A stretch of DNA of 64,000 nt from Alkalispirochaeta sp. Lineage in GTDB: Bacteria > Spirochaetota > Spirochaetia > DSM-27196 > Alkalispirochaetaceae. Numbering within the stretch: position 1 is the stretch's first letter; every line of letters starts with the position of its first letter. The stretch lies in the NCBI GenBank assembly GCA_965601925.1, contig OZ271854.1:2624001-2688000 (forward strand), in the 5' to 3' direction. A program made the position numbers and the translations under genes. Below, piece by piece: positions 48,208 to 56,900 of this stretch. Under the pieces are notes generated by a model that worked only from the letters and a program-made list of their open reading frames with translations, made no database searches and had not been told where the DNA came from.

Positions 48208-49658
48208 AATGCTATTGTATCCATGCCGCGACACGCCGTACAGGTCGCTTCAACCGTCTCTGCGAGGCGTTGGCGCGCCGAGGCCGGATCGCCGAAGAAC
48301 TCGCGTATCAGTCGGTAAACCGGCGGGGGAAGCGGAGCGTTCCACACCGCGCGCGGGGTCTCGGTGGCGAGACATAACGCGTGCAATATGAATTGTCGGT
48401 TCCAGTCGTCCTCGTAGCGCGGGTTTTCGAGAAAGGCCTCGCGGCGCGCAAGTTGCACCGCCGTCCACGGCGGCCCGCCGTACTTTTCGTCGCCGACGAG
48501 GGGGAGACCCTCCGATGCGAGGTGACATCGAATCTGGTGCGTGCGCCCCGTCTCGGGACGGGCGGCGAGGAGCGAGTAACGCCCGTTCGCCGTTACCGCG
48601 ATGGGGTGTACGGTCGTCGCTGCCGTTACGAACCGGAGCGACCCGGTTCGGCCGGAATCATTCTCGGCGACGGCTACCCGTCGCGTTCGGTCGTACGCGA
48701 GACGTCGATCGATCCGTACGGTGCGATCGACGGTGCCGGCGACCACGGCGAGATAGAGCTTGTACACGCTCCGGGTACGGAGTTGCTCGGTAAGCGTCCG
48801 CGCTCCCTCGGCGGAGAGCGAAAAGAGCTGGACGCCGCTGGTCTCCTTGTCAAGGCGATGGACCGGGCCGGGACGAAACGAAACGCTCTCGCGCCACCAC
48901 GACTGTTCGCGCGCTATCGTGCGCACCGCCTCATCGAGCGCACCGGGCCCGTGGCTCGCCACGCCCGACGGCTTATTAAGCGCAAGCCAGTCCTCGGTAC
49001 GATCGAGTACGGGAATACGGATCGGTCCCATACGAATTTCGCCCTCCGTGAAGATCGGCGGACGCGCGGTACGCGGAGCCGGTCGGTTGGCGCGCCGATT
49101 TTCATACCCCGAGCGTTCACCGCGATGCGGTGGCCGATCGCCGCGCCGATTCTCGTATCTCGAGCGTTCACCGCGACGCGTTGGCCGATCGCTACGACGG
49201 TCGTAACCCGGGCGATCGCCGCGGGGTGAGGAACGGTCGTCGCGCCGATTCTCGTACCTCGAGCGTTCACCGCGGGACTCGGGCCGATCGCTACGACGGT
49301 TGTAACCCGGGCGATCGCCGCGGGGTGAGGGCCGATCGTCGCGCCGATTCTCGTACCTCGAGCGTTCACCGCGGGACTCGGGCCGATCGCTACGACGGTC
49401 GTAACCCGGGCGATCGCCGCGGGGCGCCGAGCGCTCGCCGCGACGGTTCTCGTAACCCGAACGTTCCCATTCGGGTACCGCTATTTTGTCGCCTCGATGC
49501 ACTCTCGTGTCCTGGGAGGCTCGTTTGCCGTTTACGGTGATCTCGCCTTTGCGCACCGCGCCGGCGATTCGTCCGGGCGGTACCAAGGGAAAGCCCTTAC
49601 GAAGGACGCGGTCCAAACGGCGTCCGTCGTCATCCTGCGTCATCTCGATCTCCATCAT
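48204..49658 (-). CDS. RluA/RluC-family pseudouridine synthase with S4 domain and repeat insert
   Basis: S4 RLDRVLRK...G.I.VNG, NKPSG...H, catalytic HRLDKETSG, TGRTHQIR.HL, GD.KYG, LHA. Confidence 0.9.
   Translation of the reverse strand: MMEIEMTQDDDGRRLDRVLRKGFPLVPPGRIAGAVRKGEITVNGKRASQDTRVHRGDKIAVPEWERSGYENRRGERSAPRGDRPGYDRRSDRPESRGERSRYENRRDDRPSPRGDRPGYNRRSDRPESRGERSRYENRRDDRSSPRGDRPGYDRRSDRPTRRGERSRYENRRGDRPPHRGERSGYENRRANRPAPRTARPPIFTEGEIRMGPIRIPVLDRTEDWLALNKPSGVASHGPGALDEAVRTIAREQSWWRESVSFRPGPVHRLDKETSGVQLFSLSAEGARTLTEQLRTRSVYKLYLAVVAGTVDRTVRIDRRLAYDRTRRVAVAENDSGRTGSLRFVTAATTVHPIAVTANGRYSLLAARPETGRTHQIRCHLASEGLPLVGDEKYGGPPWTAVQLARREAFLENPRYEDDWNRQFILHALCLATETPRAVWNAPLPPPVYRLIREFFGDPASARQRLAETVEATCTACRGMDTIAL
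49091..49468 (-). repeat. Intragenic 99-bp (33-aa) tandem repeat, three near-identical units plus flanking partial units
   Basis: CGCGCCGATTCTCGTA recurs at 49142, 49241 and 49340, with variants at 49091 and 49439. Encodes approximately GERSRYENRRDDRPSPRGDRPGYDRRSDRPESR. Confidence 0.92.
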
Positions 49659-49665
49659 CGCCGGC

Positions 49666-49718
49666 AGTGTAGCGCCGAATCGGTAGCCTTGACAAACCGC
49701 TGTAGCAGCAGGGACACT
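49666..49718. promoter_or_regulatory. Back-to-back sigma70 promoters with overlapping -35 boxes
   Basis: Plus strand: TTGACA(49689)-18-GACACT-6 nt-ATG 49725. Minus strand: TTGTCA(49695)-18-TACACT-7 nt-ATG 49658. Confidence 0.55.
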
Positions 49719-49724
49719 GCCGTG

Positions 49725-50204
49725 ATGCAGAGCCAAGCGCCACGGTATCTCTATGAGATGGTTTCGAACAGAATCTTTCTTTCGGCGTTTTTCAGCTGGT
49801 TCCTTGCGCAGTTTATCAAGATGATCGTCGACCAGTTTCGCGGACGTTCCCGCGGTTCCCGCGACATGATCACCACGCTTATGTGGAAGACCGGGGGAAT
49901 GCCGTCGAGCCACTCGTCGTTGGTAACCGGGCTCGCTACCGCGATCGGCGTCGTGCACGGCACGCGGTCGCCCGAGTTCTCCCTTTCGTTGTTCTACGGG
50001 ATTCTCATTATTCGGGACGCCATGGGGGTCCGACGGGCCGCGGGAGTACAGGCGCAGGCTCTCAACCAGTTGGGACAAGAGCTCTCCGAGCGGTTCGGCA
50101 TTGAGTTTCGGCCCGTTAAGAAGGTGAGCGGCCACACACCGAGTGAGGTGTTCGTCGGCGTGCTGTTGGGCTTTTTTACCGGATTCGCATTTAGCGTATT
50201 ATAG
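49725..50204 (+). CDS. Divergent PAP2 family (DUF212) protein
   Basis: AQ..K, TGGMPSSHS, DA.GVRRAAG.QA..LN, GHTP.EV..G. Confidence 0.9.
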   Translation: MQSQAPRYLYEMVSNRIFLSAFFSWFLAQFIKMIVDQFRGRSRGSRDMITTLMWKTGGMPSSHSSLVTGLATAIGVVHGTRSPEFSLSLFYGILIIRDAMGVRRAAGVQAQALNQLGQELSERFGIEFRPVKKVSGHTPSEVFVGVLLGFFTGFAFSVL

Positions 50205-50218
50205 TTACGGACACACCA

Positions 50219-51775
50219 ATGCGTCGATATATTCCCGGGCCGATTGCGCTGACGCTGTTAAGTGTCGTCGTGATTCCGTCCGTCGCACTGCTCATGGTTC
50301 TCACCGCGCCGTTGGAGTTCGGCGAGCGTCCCTGGAACGACTTCGACGTCATGCTCGTACCGACCCGCGAGAACTATCCCGCCGTCGCGGCCGCGCGACT
50401 GCGCGAGGCCTCCTATGATGTGGTTACACTCTCCGACGCCGCGGTTTTGATCGAGGATTTCAACGGGGGTGAGACGGTGAGGTTGGATGAGATCGAGGAG
50501 CGGTTCGATCCGGTCGATCCGCGCCTCGACCCCTTCGTGCGCTCCGCCGCGGCGCTCTTTCGTACCGCCGACGGTGGCGACGAGTACGCGATTCTCTATC
50601 TCCCGCGCGACCGTTCGATCCTGTTGCAGTATGCATTCATCCGACACCTCCTCGCGGGAGTTCCCTTCCGTCTGGTGGGATGGCAGCCGATACTTCCGGC
50701 CCTCAGTGCGCTGGCCGCTTTGATCGCCCTCGGCCCCGCCTGGGGCGCCGTACGTCGTCGCCGCGTTATGACGGGGTTGGTCGTCGTACTCGCGGTGCTG
50801 TACGCATTTGCCAACGGTGTCGGCGGAACGGTGCGCGCGGTGCTGTTGGGGTTGAGCGTGATATACGCTCAGGCGCGCACCTTTGACTTGGAGCGCGAAC
50901 TATTGGTGCATCGACGGTGGCCGGGACGCGATCCCCACTCCCGTACGATCGTATGGCTTGTCGGCGTCGCCCTTGCCGTCGCAGTCGTCTCTCTGGTAAT
51001 CGAGGAGACCGCGGGGCGCACGCCGGCCGTTTTCTCCTTTCTGCTGTTTCTGGGGTGTCTCATACTGGTGTGGGCCGCGGCGGTGATGTTTCAGAACGTC
51101 CGCGTCAGGAGGAGCGAGCATCCGCTCTTCGCTCCCCGTTCGATATTACCCGACCGAGCGACCTTTCCCGGAGCCGTGTGGGCTTTCGGTATGACGGTGG
51201 TATCCCTCGCCGCGATCGCCGTCGTGTCCGACGGACAGCGTCCCCTCGACGATCTCATCGTGCCGGTGCCGGCTCACCACGCGTTGGCGCAGCAGGTGCC
51301 CAGGCAGGGGGAGGATGTCGATCGTCTATTGGAGGTGATCAGTTCCTCATCCGCGGTTGAGGAGCCGTTGTCGACGTCGGGGTTTTTGGCGCACCGGTGG
51401 TTCCAACAGTCGATGCTGTTCGGCGGAACGTTCGAGGTGCCCTCGATCGGCCAGGGAGTGACCCTCATGCGATTTCGGAGAGACCAGGGTACGCTCTCAT
51501 CGTGGCACGAGTCGATGGTGGTTTTCGATCGCCAATGGGTCCTCTCTCAGTTCGCCGAGGGTCACACCGGCGTGTACCGTCTTTTCGTCGAAGAACGCGG
51601 CGCGTTCGATATCGTTTGGGAATCCATGACGATTCCCTCGGTGACACCGGGATATGTGGTGCGTCTGATTCTGTTATTGGTCATCGCCCATCTGCCGGTC
51701 TTCGTGAGTATGCGCTTGCCGTATCGAGGCCTCCTTGATACGGTTGTGCCTGCATCAAGGAGTGAACGACCATAG
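50219..51775 (+). CDS. Hypothetical multi-pass membrane protein with two soluble domains
   Basis: 518-aa ORF with about eight hydrophobic segments, closely packed between PAP2 and rnfC. No family recognised. Confidence 0.7.
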   Translation: MRRYIPGPIALTLLSVVVIPSVALLMVLTAPLEFGERPWNDFDVMLVPTRENYPAVAAARLREASYDVVTLSDAAVLIEDFNGGETVRLDEIEERFDPVDPRLDPFVRSAAALFRTADGGDEYAILYLPRDRSILLQYAFIRHLLAGVPFRLVGWQPILPALSALAALIALGPAWGAVRRRRVMTGLVVVLAVLYAFANGVGGTVRAVLLGLSVIYAQARTFDLERELLVHRRWPGRDPHSRTIVWLVGVALAVAVVSLVIEETAGRTPAVFSFLLFLGCLILVWAAAVMFQNVRVRRSEHPLFAPRSILPDRATFPGAVWAFGMTVVSLAAIAVVSDGQRPLDDLIVPVPAHHALAQQVPRQGEDVDRLLEVISSSSAVEEPLSTSGFLAHRWFQQSMLFGGTFEVPSIGQGVTLMRFRRDQGTLSSWHESMVVFDRQWVLSQFAEGHTGVYRLFVEERGAFDIVWESMTIPSVTPGYVVRLILLLVIAHLPVFVSMRLPYRGLLDTVVPASRSERP

Positions 51776-51777
51776 GT

Positions 51778-53073
51778 ATGATTGCATTTCCCACCGGCGG
51801 CGTAAAACCGCTCTCTCTGCAAAAGGCGCTCGAGCGCGGCTACTGGAACGCGGCGGTCCCATCGACGTGCATCGTACCCCTCCAGCAACATGTCGGGAGT
51901 CGACTCGAGGCGACCGTTAAACCGGGAGATCTGGTACGCGAAGGCATGGTTATTGCCGATAGCCCCAACCGTCTTGCAGTTCCCATTCACGCGCCGATCC
52001 CAGGCCGCGTCGTTTCCGAGGGGCGAACGGTGCTCTTCGACGGTTCGGAATCGCATTCCTTGGCAATCGAGTTGGACGGCGAGTTCGATCGGCTGGGGAA
52101 AAAACATGACGCGTTAGCGTGGGAGAATCACGATGCCAAGACGCTCCTATCATTGATTCGAGCCGGCGGTGTCGTCTGCTCTCCCCGCTCGGCCGTGCCG
52201 GTTCACCTCCATTTACAGCGACGGCGGGCGCACGCCACGCCGTGCCTCGTACTCGACTTGGCCGAGACCGAACCGTATCTAAGCGCCGACGTAGAGTTGT
52301 CCTCGGTGGAACCGCGGGCCGTTCTCGAAGGGTTGCGCATCGTCGCCCGCATAGTGGATGCGCGAGCGGTGTGTATCGTGGCGAGTCGCGACCACGACCA
52401 CGCCGTAAAGGCGTTACGTGCCGGCTCAGGCCGCGATTTCCCCCGTGTTCACCGTGTTGCGCATCGTTATCCCGCCAATACGACGCGTGAGTTTCGCCGA
52501 CGGCTCGGGCTTCCTGTCGAGGGTGAAGACGGCGATCTGGTAGTCGTTTCTCCGTCGACGGCGTTCGGCGTCTACGAGGCGGTCGTCTATCGCAAGCCGC
52601 AGATCGATCGGGTCGTTGCAGTGGGCGGCGGTGCGGTAAAGCGGCCGGCACATGTTCGTGTACGTATCGGCACCGCGATCGCCGATGTGATCGAGGAGTG
52701 CGGCGGGCTCCTCGCGACGCCGGAACGTATCGTCGCCGGCGGCACACTGACCGGCCGCCTCGTCTCCAACATCAATGCACCCGTCACAAAAACCACCGCC
52801 GCAATCGTCGCCCTCACCGCGGAAGAGATCAACTCCGGACCCGAGGAACCGTGCGTCTCATGCGGTGCGTGCGTACGTGCGTGCCCGGTCGCGTTGAGTC
52901 CCCTCTTTCTCAACGCCGCAGTGCTCGACGGTCGAGGCGGCGAGGCCGCCTCGGCCGGCATCCACGATTGTATCGAGTGCGGCCTGTGCGCCCACGTCTG
53001 CCCCTCGCGCATTCCTCTATTGGACCGCATGCGCGAGGGTAAGGCGAGGACACTCCGGAGCCGGGTCGTATGA
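51778..53073 (+). CDS. rnfC: RnfC-like subunit (degenerate NADH/FMN motifs, two 4Fe-4S motifs kept)
   Basis: PLQQHVG....V.PGD.V, HAP.PG.V, ETEPYL.AD, SLBB (VRIGT....I..CGG), CVSCGACVRACP, CIECGLCAHVCPS.IPL. Confidence 0.85.
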   Translation: MIAFPTGGVKPLSLQKALERGYWNAAVPSTCIVPLQQHVGSRLEATVKPGDLVREGMVIADSPNRLAVPIHAPIPGRVVSEGRTVLFDGSESHSLAIELDGEFDRLGKKHDALAWENHDAKTLLSLIRAGGVVCSPRSAVPVHLHLQRRRAHATPCLVLDLAETEPYLSADVELSSVEPRAVLEGLRIVARIVDARAVCIVASRDHDHAVKALRAGSGRDFPRVHRVAHRYPANTTREFRRRLGLPVEGEDGDLVVVSPSTAFGVYEAVVYRKPQIDRVVAVGGGAVKRPAHVRVRIGTAIADVIEECGGLLATPERIVAGGTLTGRLVSNINAPVTKTTAAIVALTAEEINSGPEEPCVSCGACVRACPVALSPLFLNAAVLDGRGGEAASAGIHDCIECGLCAHVCPSRIPLLDRMREGKARTLRSRVV

Positions 53074-54020
53074 CGACGCTCGTCGATCCGTCGCATCCGC
53101 ACAGCTTCCGTATGTTGACCGTCGGGGGCGTATATCTGCGTCTCTCGATCGCGTTGGTGTTTCCCGTCGCCGTCGGCGCGCTGCGAACCGGCATGTCGGC
53201 GCTCCCATTGATCGTTGCCGGTCTTTTGGGGGCGCTCTTGGCCGAGAACACCGTCGGGATCGTATGGAATCGTCCCGGGTCGGGTCAGGGGGTGCGTAAC
53301 GGCCGTGCGCTGTATTACGGGCTGCTCGTCGTCGCGCTGTCGCCGGTCGGTATCACCCCTTCGGTCGTCGCGACCGCGGCGGCCGTCACGGTTCTCGTCG
53401 GTATATGGCTTCCCGGGGGACCGGGCGCCTACTGGTTGCATCCGGCATTGGTCGGACTGGCGTTCATTCCCGTCTTTCACGACGGCGGATCTTGGAGCGG
53501 TCCCGGCGAAACCGTTCCTGCGATGCTCGCCGCCTTCGAGTCCGGTGCCTTCTTTCAGACGTTGCAGAGCCGCCTCTTTATCCCGTTGGGCATGCGAGTT
53601 CCTCCCGAGGCGCTTCTGGCGATCGTCGGGTTGGACGGGGGCGCCGGTGTCGGCCTGACGGCGGGGCTGTTGGTACCGCTTCTCGCCTCCGCGCTTGTCG
53701 TTTTCGGTGAGGATCTGGTACCGGTCGTGCTTCCGATTACCTACTTTATCGGATTCGTCTTGTGTGTTCGGTTGGTTGGGGGCAACGTCGTGTCCGCAAT
53801 GCTGTGGAGCAACGTCCCGCTCGTCGGACTCGTCGGCCTCGCCGACCCGGGCATACGGCCGGCCAAGATTTGGGCGATCGCCCTCTTCGGTGTTTTGGCG
53901 GGATCGTGTACGGGTCTCCTTACGGCGTGGAACGGTGCCGCCATGCCCGCGGTAGTGGGGTTGCTGGTCGTCGGCACATTCAGGCCGCTTTTGGACTCGG
54001 TGAGTACGCGGCAAGCATGA
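53070..54020 (+). CDS. rnfD: RnfD-like membrane subunit (divergent)
   Basis: GG.G....HPALVG, .ADP...P, about ten TM segments, position after rnfC. Confidence 0.75.
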   Translation: MTTLVDPSHPHSFRMLTVGGVYLRLSIALVFPVAVGALRTGMSALPLIVAGLLGALLAENTVGIVWNRPGSGQGVRNGRALYYGLLVVALSPVGITPSVVATAAAVTVLVGIWLPGGPGAYWLHPALVGLAFIPVFHDGGSWSGPGETVPAMLAAFESGAFFQTLQSRLFIPLGMRVPPEALLAIVGLDGGAGVGLTAGLLVPLLASALVVFGEDLVPVVLPITYFIGFVLCVRLVGGNVVSAMLWSNVPLVGLVGLADPGIRPAKIWAIALFGVLAGSCTGLLTAWNGAAMPAVVGLLVVGTFRPLLDSVSTRQA

Positions 54021-54532
54021 ACCATACATGGACCGTTGTCGCCAAAGTCGGCGGCGTAGTGATCGTTGCAATCGTTCTGATTCTCGGGGTCGAGATGCTC
54101 CTCACCCCAGCCTCGGTTGCGGCCGAGCGAGAGACTCGGCGTGGGGAGCTCGCCGCCGTGTCGGGCTCGTACACCGTCGGCGCGGTCGTCTCTTTCGATA
54201 CGGCCGGTGAATCGTTTACCGTGTGGCCGCTTCTCGACGATGAGGAACGTACGACCGCGGTGATCGTTACGGTGGAAGAGGCCGGATATCGGTCGCGCCT
54301 GCGGCTCCTCGTCACCGTGGATCGCCTACTCGAGATTACGGCGTTCTCGATTCCCGAACGGTTCGAATCGCCTTCGGTGGAGCTGGTACTCGCGCGCCCC
54401 GCGATTTCGGCACGCATGGCGCAGGGCGAGATCGACGGTTTGAGCGGTGCCACCATCACCGCCGAGGCGATCGATCGCGCGCTCGATAGAGCTCGTTCGG
54501 TTGCCGGATCGTTCTTTCGGGAGGTGCCGTGA
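54017..54532 (+). CDS. rnfG: RnfG-like FMN-binding subunit
   Basis: N-terminal TM, GY.S.....V.V, ESP, FMNylation motif IDGLSGATIT. Confidence 0.8.
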   Translation: MNHTWTVVAKVGGVVIVAIVLILGVEMLLTPASVAAERETRRGELAAVSGSYTVGAVVSFDTAGESFTVWPLLDDEERTTAVIVTVEEAGYRSRLRLLVTVDRLLEITAFSIPERFESPSVELVLARPAISARMAQGEIDGLSGATITAEAIDRALDRARSVAGSFFREVP

Positions 54533-55101
54533 AACGCTTTGGACGGCAGTTGCTGTCTCGTAATCCGGTGTGGGTTGTGCCCTTGGCGCTTCCCATTGCG
54601 CTGTTCGCGAGTCAAACGGTGGAGCTCGCCGGCCTTTTTGCCGTACTCGTACTCGTTGTGGTGCCGGTCGCCCACGGTGTGTCGTACTTTGTCGAGGCGT
54701 GGCTCCCGCGATACCTGCGGCTCGTTGCTGTGTTAATCGTGACATCGACGGTCGTCGCCGTCGTGGAGATGGTTCTCCAACTGGTCGGATGGGGGCTTGC
54801 GGGACGCCCGCTCTACATGATGCGCGCGATCACCGTCTCCGGGCTTGTCGTCTGGCCGACCGCGGCCGCGCCGCGAGACGAGCGATTCGCCGATCGGATT
54901 GCAGTCTCGATCGGTCTGGCCGTCGGATTCGTGATCGGATTCGTACCCCTCGCGGCGGTGCGCATACTCTTCATACGAGGCGGGTATCGGCCCGCCGATT
55001 CGGTGTTCATGGGATTTTTGCTTCTCGCGGTAGGCAAAATAATCATCAATGTGTACCGACGCCTCGCATATGATCGGAGTGGAAGGACTCTCAGTCCATG
55101 A
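54529..55101 (+). CDS. rnfE: RnfE-like subunit lacking all cysteines
   Basis: NPV.V..L, P...R......I....V..VE, G..GF......A.VR, position in the operon. Confidence 0.7.
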   Translation: MKRFGRQLLSRNPVWVVPLALPIALFASQTVELAGLFAVLVLVVVPVAHGVSYFVEAWLPRYLRLVAVLIVTSTVVAVVEMVLQLVGWGLAGRPLYMMRAITVSGLVVWPTAAAPRDERFADRIAVSIGLAVGFVIGFVPLAAVRILFIRGGYRPADSVFMGFLLLAVGKIIINVYRRLAYDRSGRTLSP

Positions 55102-55694
55102 GTACGATCGCGCTGGTTCTCACGGTAGCCCTCGCCCAAAACGTAATTCTCGTCCACTATCTCGGTGTCGGTCAGTTACCGGCGGTCGTGTTTCGTCCGC
55201 GTCGCGCGGCGATCGTTTCGGCCGTTCTGACTCTTGCGCTCGTGTGGGTGGCGTTGATCTATTGGACGGTATACCGATTCATACTATTTCCGCTCCGGCT
55301 CCCCGTTCTCGTTACGCCGACCTTGGCGATCATCATCGGAGTGTCGACCCTGTTTAGTATCCGAATCGCGACCTACCTTCTGCCGTATCGCCGGCGCGCG
55401 ATCGTCCAGGTGGTGCCCGTTGCACTCGTGAATACTACCGTCTTTGTCGTCACCATGGCGTTGGTCGATCGCGTTGCGCCGTTGTGGCAGGTCCTAATCG
55501 CCGCACTTGCGGCCGGTGCGGGAGCGTTTCTCGCCCTCGTCCCCCTTGCGGCCATACGCGCCGAATCCCGAAACCGTAGAATCCCCGAGGCACTTCGCGG
55601 CGACGCGTCGGTCTATCTGGGGGCGGCTTTCATGGCGTTGGCGATTCAGCAGATCGATCGATTGTTGCATACCTTTTTCGTACCCCTCTATTGA
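55098..55694 (+). CDS. rnfA: RnfA-like subunit lacking all cysteines
   Basis: N.IL..YLG, IL.PL.L, G.G..LAL...A.IR......IP..LRG......AA.MALA. Confidence 0.78.
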   Translation: MSTIALVLTVALAQNVILVHYLGVGQLPAVVFRPRRAAIVSAVLTLALVWVALIYWTVYRFILFPLRLPVLVTPTLAIIIGVSTLFSIRIATYLLPYRRRAIVQVVPVALVNTTVFVVTMALVDRVAPLWQVLIAALAAGAGAFLALVPLAAIRAESRNRRIPEALRGDASVYLGAAFMALAIQQIDRLLHTFFVPLY

Positions 55695-55778
55695 CGGCAC
55701 GGTGGGTGGCGCCGTATACGCCGGATTAATGCCGGTAGGGAGGGGACGCGCGACCGGGAGAGTGTTACAATATGCGCC

Positions 55779-56744
55779 ATGACAATAGCGGTTATCGAGC
55801 CCCTTGGGCTTCCCCGGAACGTGTTGGAGGACCATTTTCGCTCTCTTGCCGAAAGCGGTCATCGGATCATTTACTATGACGATCGACCGACGTCCTCCGC
55901 GGAGACGATTCGTCGTCTCGACGGTGTCGACGGTGCGGTTATCGCCAATCTGCCCTTTCCGCGCGAAGTGATCGAAGCGGCCCAGTCGCTCCGATTTCTC
56001 TCCGTCGCCTTCACCGGTGTCAATCATATCGACACCGACGCGTGTCGGGAGCGGGGGATCGGCGTCTCCAACGCCGCCGGATTCTCCACCGAAAGCGTTG
56101 CCGAGTTGACGGTAGCCGTCATTATATCCCTGTTGCGGTCGATCGTGCCCGGTGACGCGGCGTTGCGCTCCGGCGGGACCAACGCAGGACTGTTCGGAAG
56201 GGAGTTACACGGCAAGACGGTCGGGATAATCGGGACCGGCGCCATCGGCCGCTACGTCGCGCGACTCCTCTCGGCGTTCGGCGTGCGCCTTTTGGGGTAC
56301 AACCGGACGCAGTATCCGGAGATGGTCGAGATAGGCATGCAGTATCTATCTCTGGAAGCGCTCCTTGCCGCGAGTGATATCGTGACGCTCCACGTGCCGC
56401 TTACCGACCAGACGCGCGATTTGATCTCCGGCGAGCGTATCGCCGAGATGAAGCACGGCGCCTATCTCGTCAACATGGCGCGCGGGGCGGTGGTAGACAG
56501 CGCCGGGCTCGCCGCGGCGTTGAAGGATGGGCGCCTCGCCGGCGCCGGTATCGATGTGTACGAGACCGAACCGCCGATCGATCCCGCCCATCCCCTTTTG
56601 AGCGCTCCCAATACGGTGTTGCTGCCTCACGTCGCTTTCGGAACGAGGGAGAGCTTCGAAAAACGCGCGGCCGTCGTCGTGGAAAATCTTCATTCGTGGA
56701 TCGATCGCGCACAAAAGCGAGTTATCGTTCCCTTCGACGATTAA
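55779..56744 (+). CDS. D-isomer-specific 2-hydroxyacid dehydrogenase
   Basis: GIIGTGAIG, LHVPL...T, VN.ARG.VVD, DV.E.EPP, PHVA. Confidence 0.93.
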   Translation: MTIAVIEPLGLPRNVLEDHFRSLAESGHRIIYYDDRPTSSAETIRRLDGVDGAVIANLPFPREVIEAAQSLRFLSVAFTGVNHIDTDACRERGIGVSNAAGFSTESVAELTVAVIISLLRSIVPGDAALRSGGTNAGLFGRELHGKTVGIIGTGAIGRYVARLLSAFGVRLLGYNRTQYPEMVEIGMQYLSLEALLAASDIVTLHVPLTDQTRDLISGERIAEMKHGAYLVNMARGAVVDSAGLAAALKDGRLAGAGIDVYETEPPIDPAHPLLSAPNTVLLPHVAFGTRESFEKRAAVVVENLHSWIDRAQKRVIVPFDD

Positions 56745-56758
56745 CGATGTTAGCCGTC

Positions 56759-56793
56759 TCACCGTTACGCTCCACCGACGAGCGTAACGGTGA
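56759..56793. terminator. Perfect 14-bp stem hairpin after the dehydrogenase gene
   Basis: TCACCGTTACGCTC-caccgac-GAGCGTAACGGTGA. No U-tract. Confidence 0.5.
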
Positions 56794-56900
56794 CGCGCGG
56801 TCGCGTAATTCCTCGTCGGTGGTGATACAGTATTTCTAAGGCGAGACCGCCTCTCGGGCCTTGCGGTGCGTACAGGGGGAGGTTAGACTTCGGTCAGCAC

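Noticed and set aside
49091..49468. Repeat array as a possible CRISPR
   Set aside because: Units are contiguous, in-frame multiples of three, lack unique spacers and have no cas genes nearby. It is a coding tandem repeat.
49659..50135. N-terminal extension of the 643-aa rluA ORF, and similar extensions on mvaA, pmk, mvaS, pcnB and the DHOD-like gene
   Set aside because: They overlap neighbouring genes or promoters. Downstream starts fit family N-termini and SD or -10 signals better.
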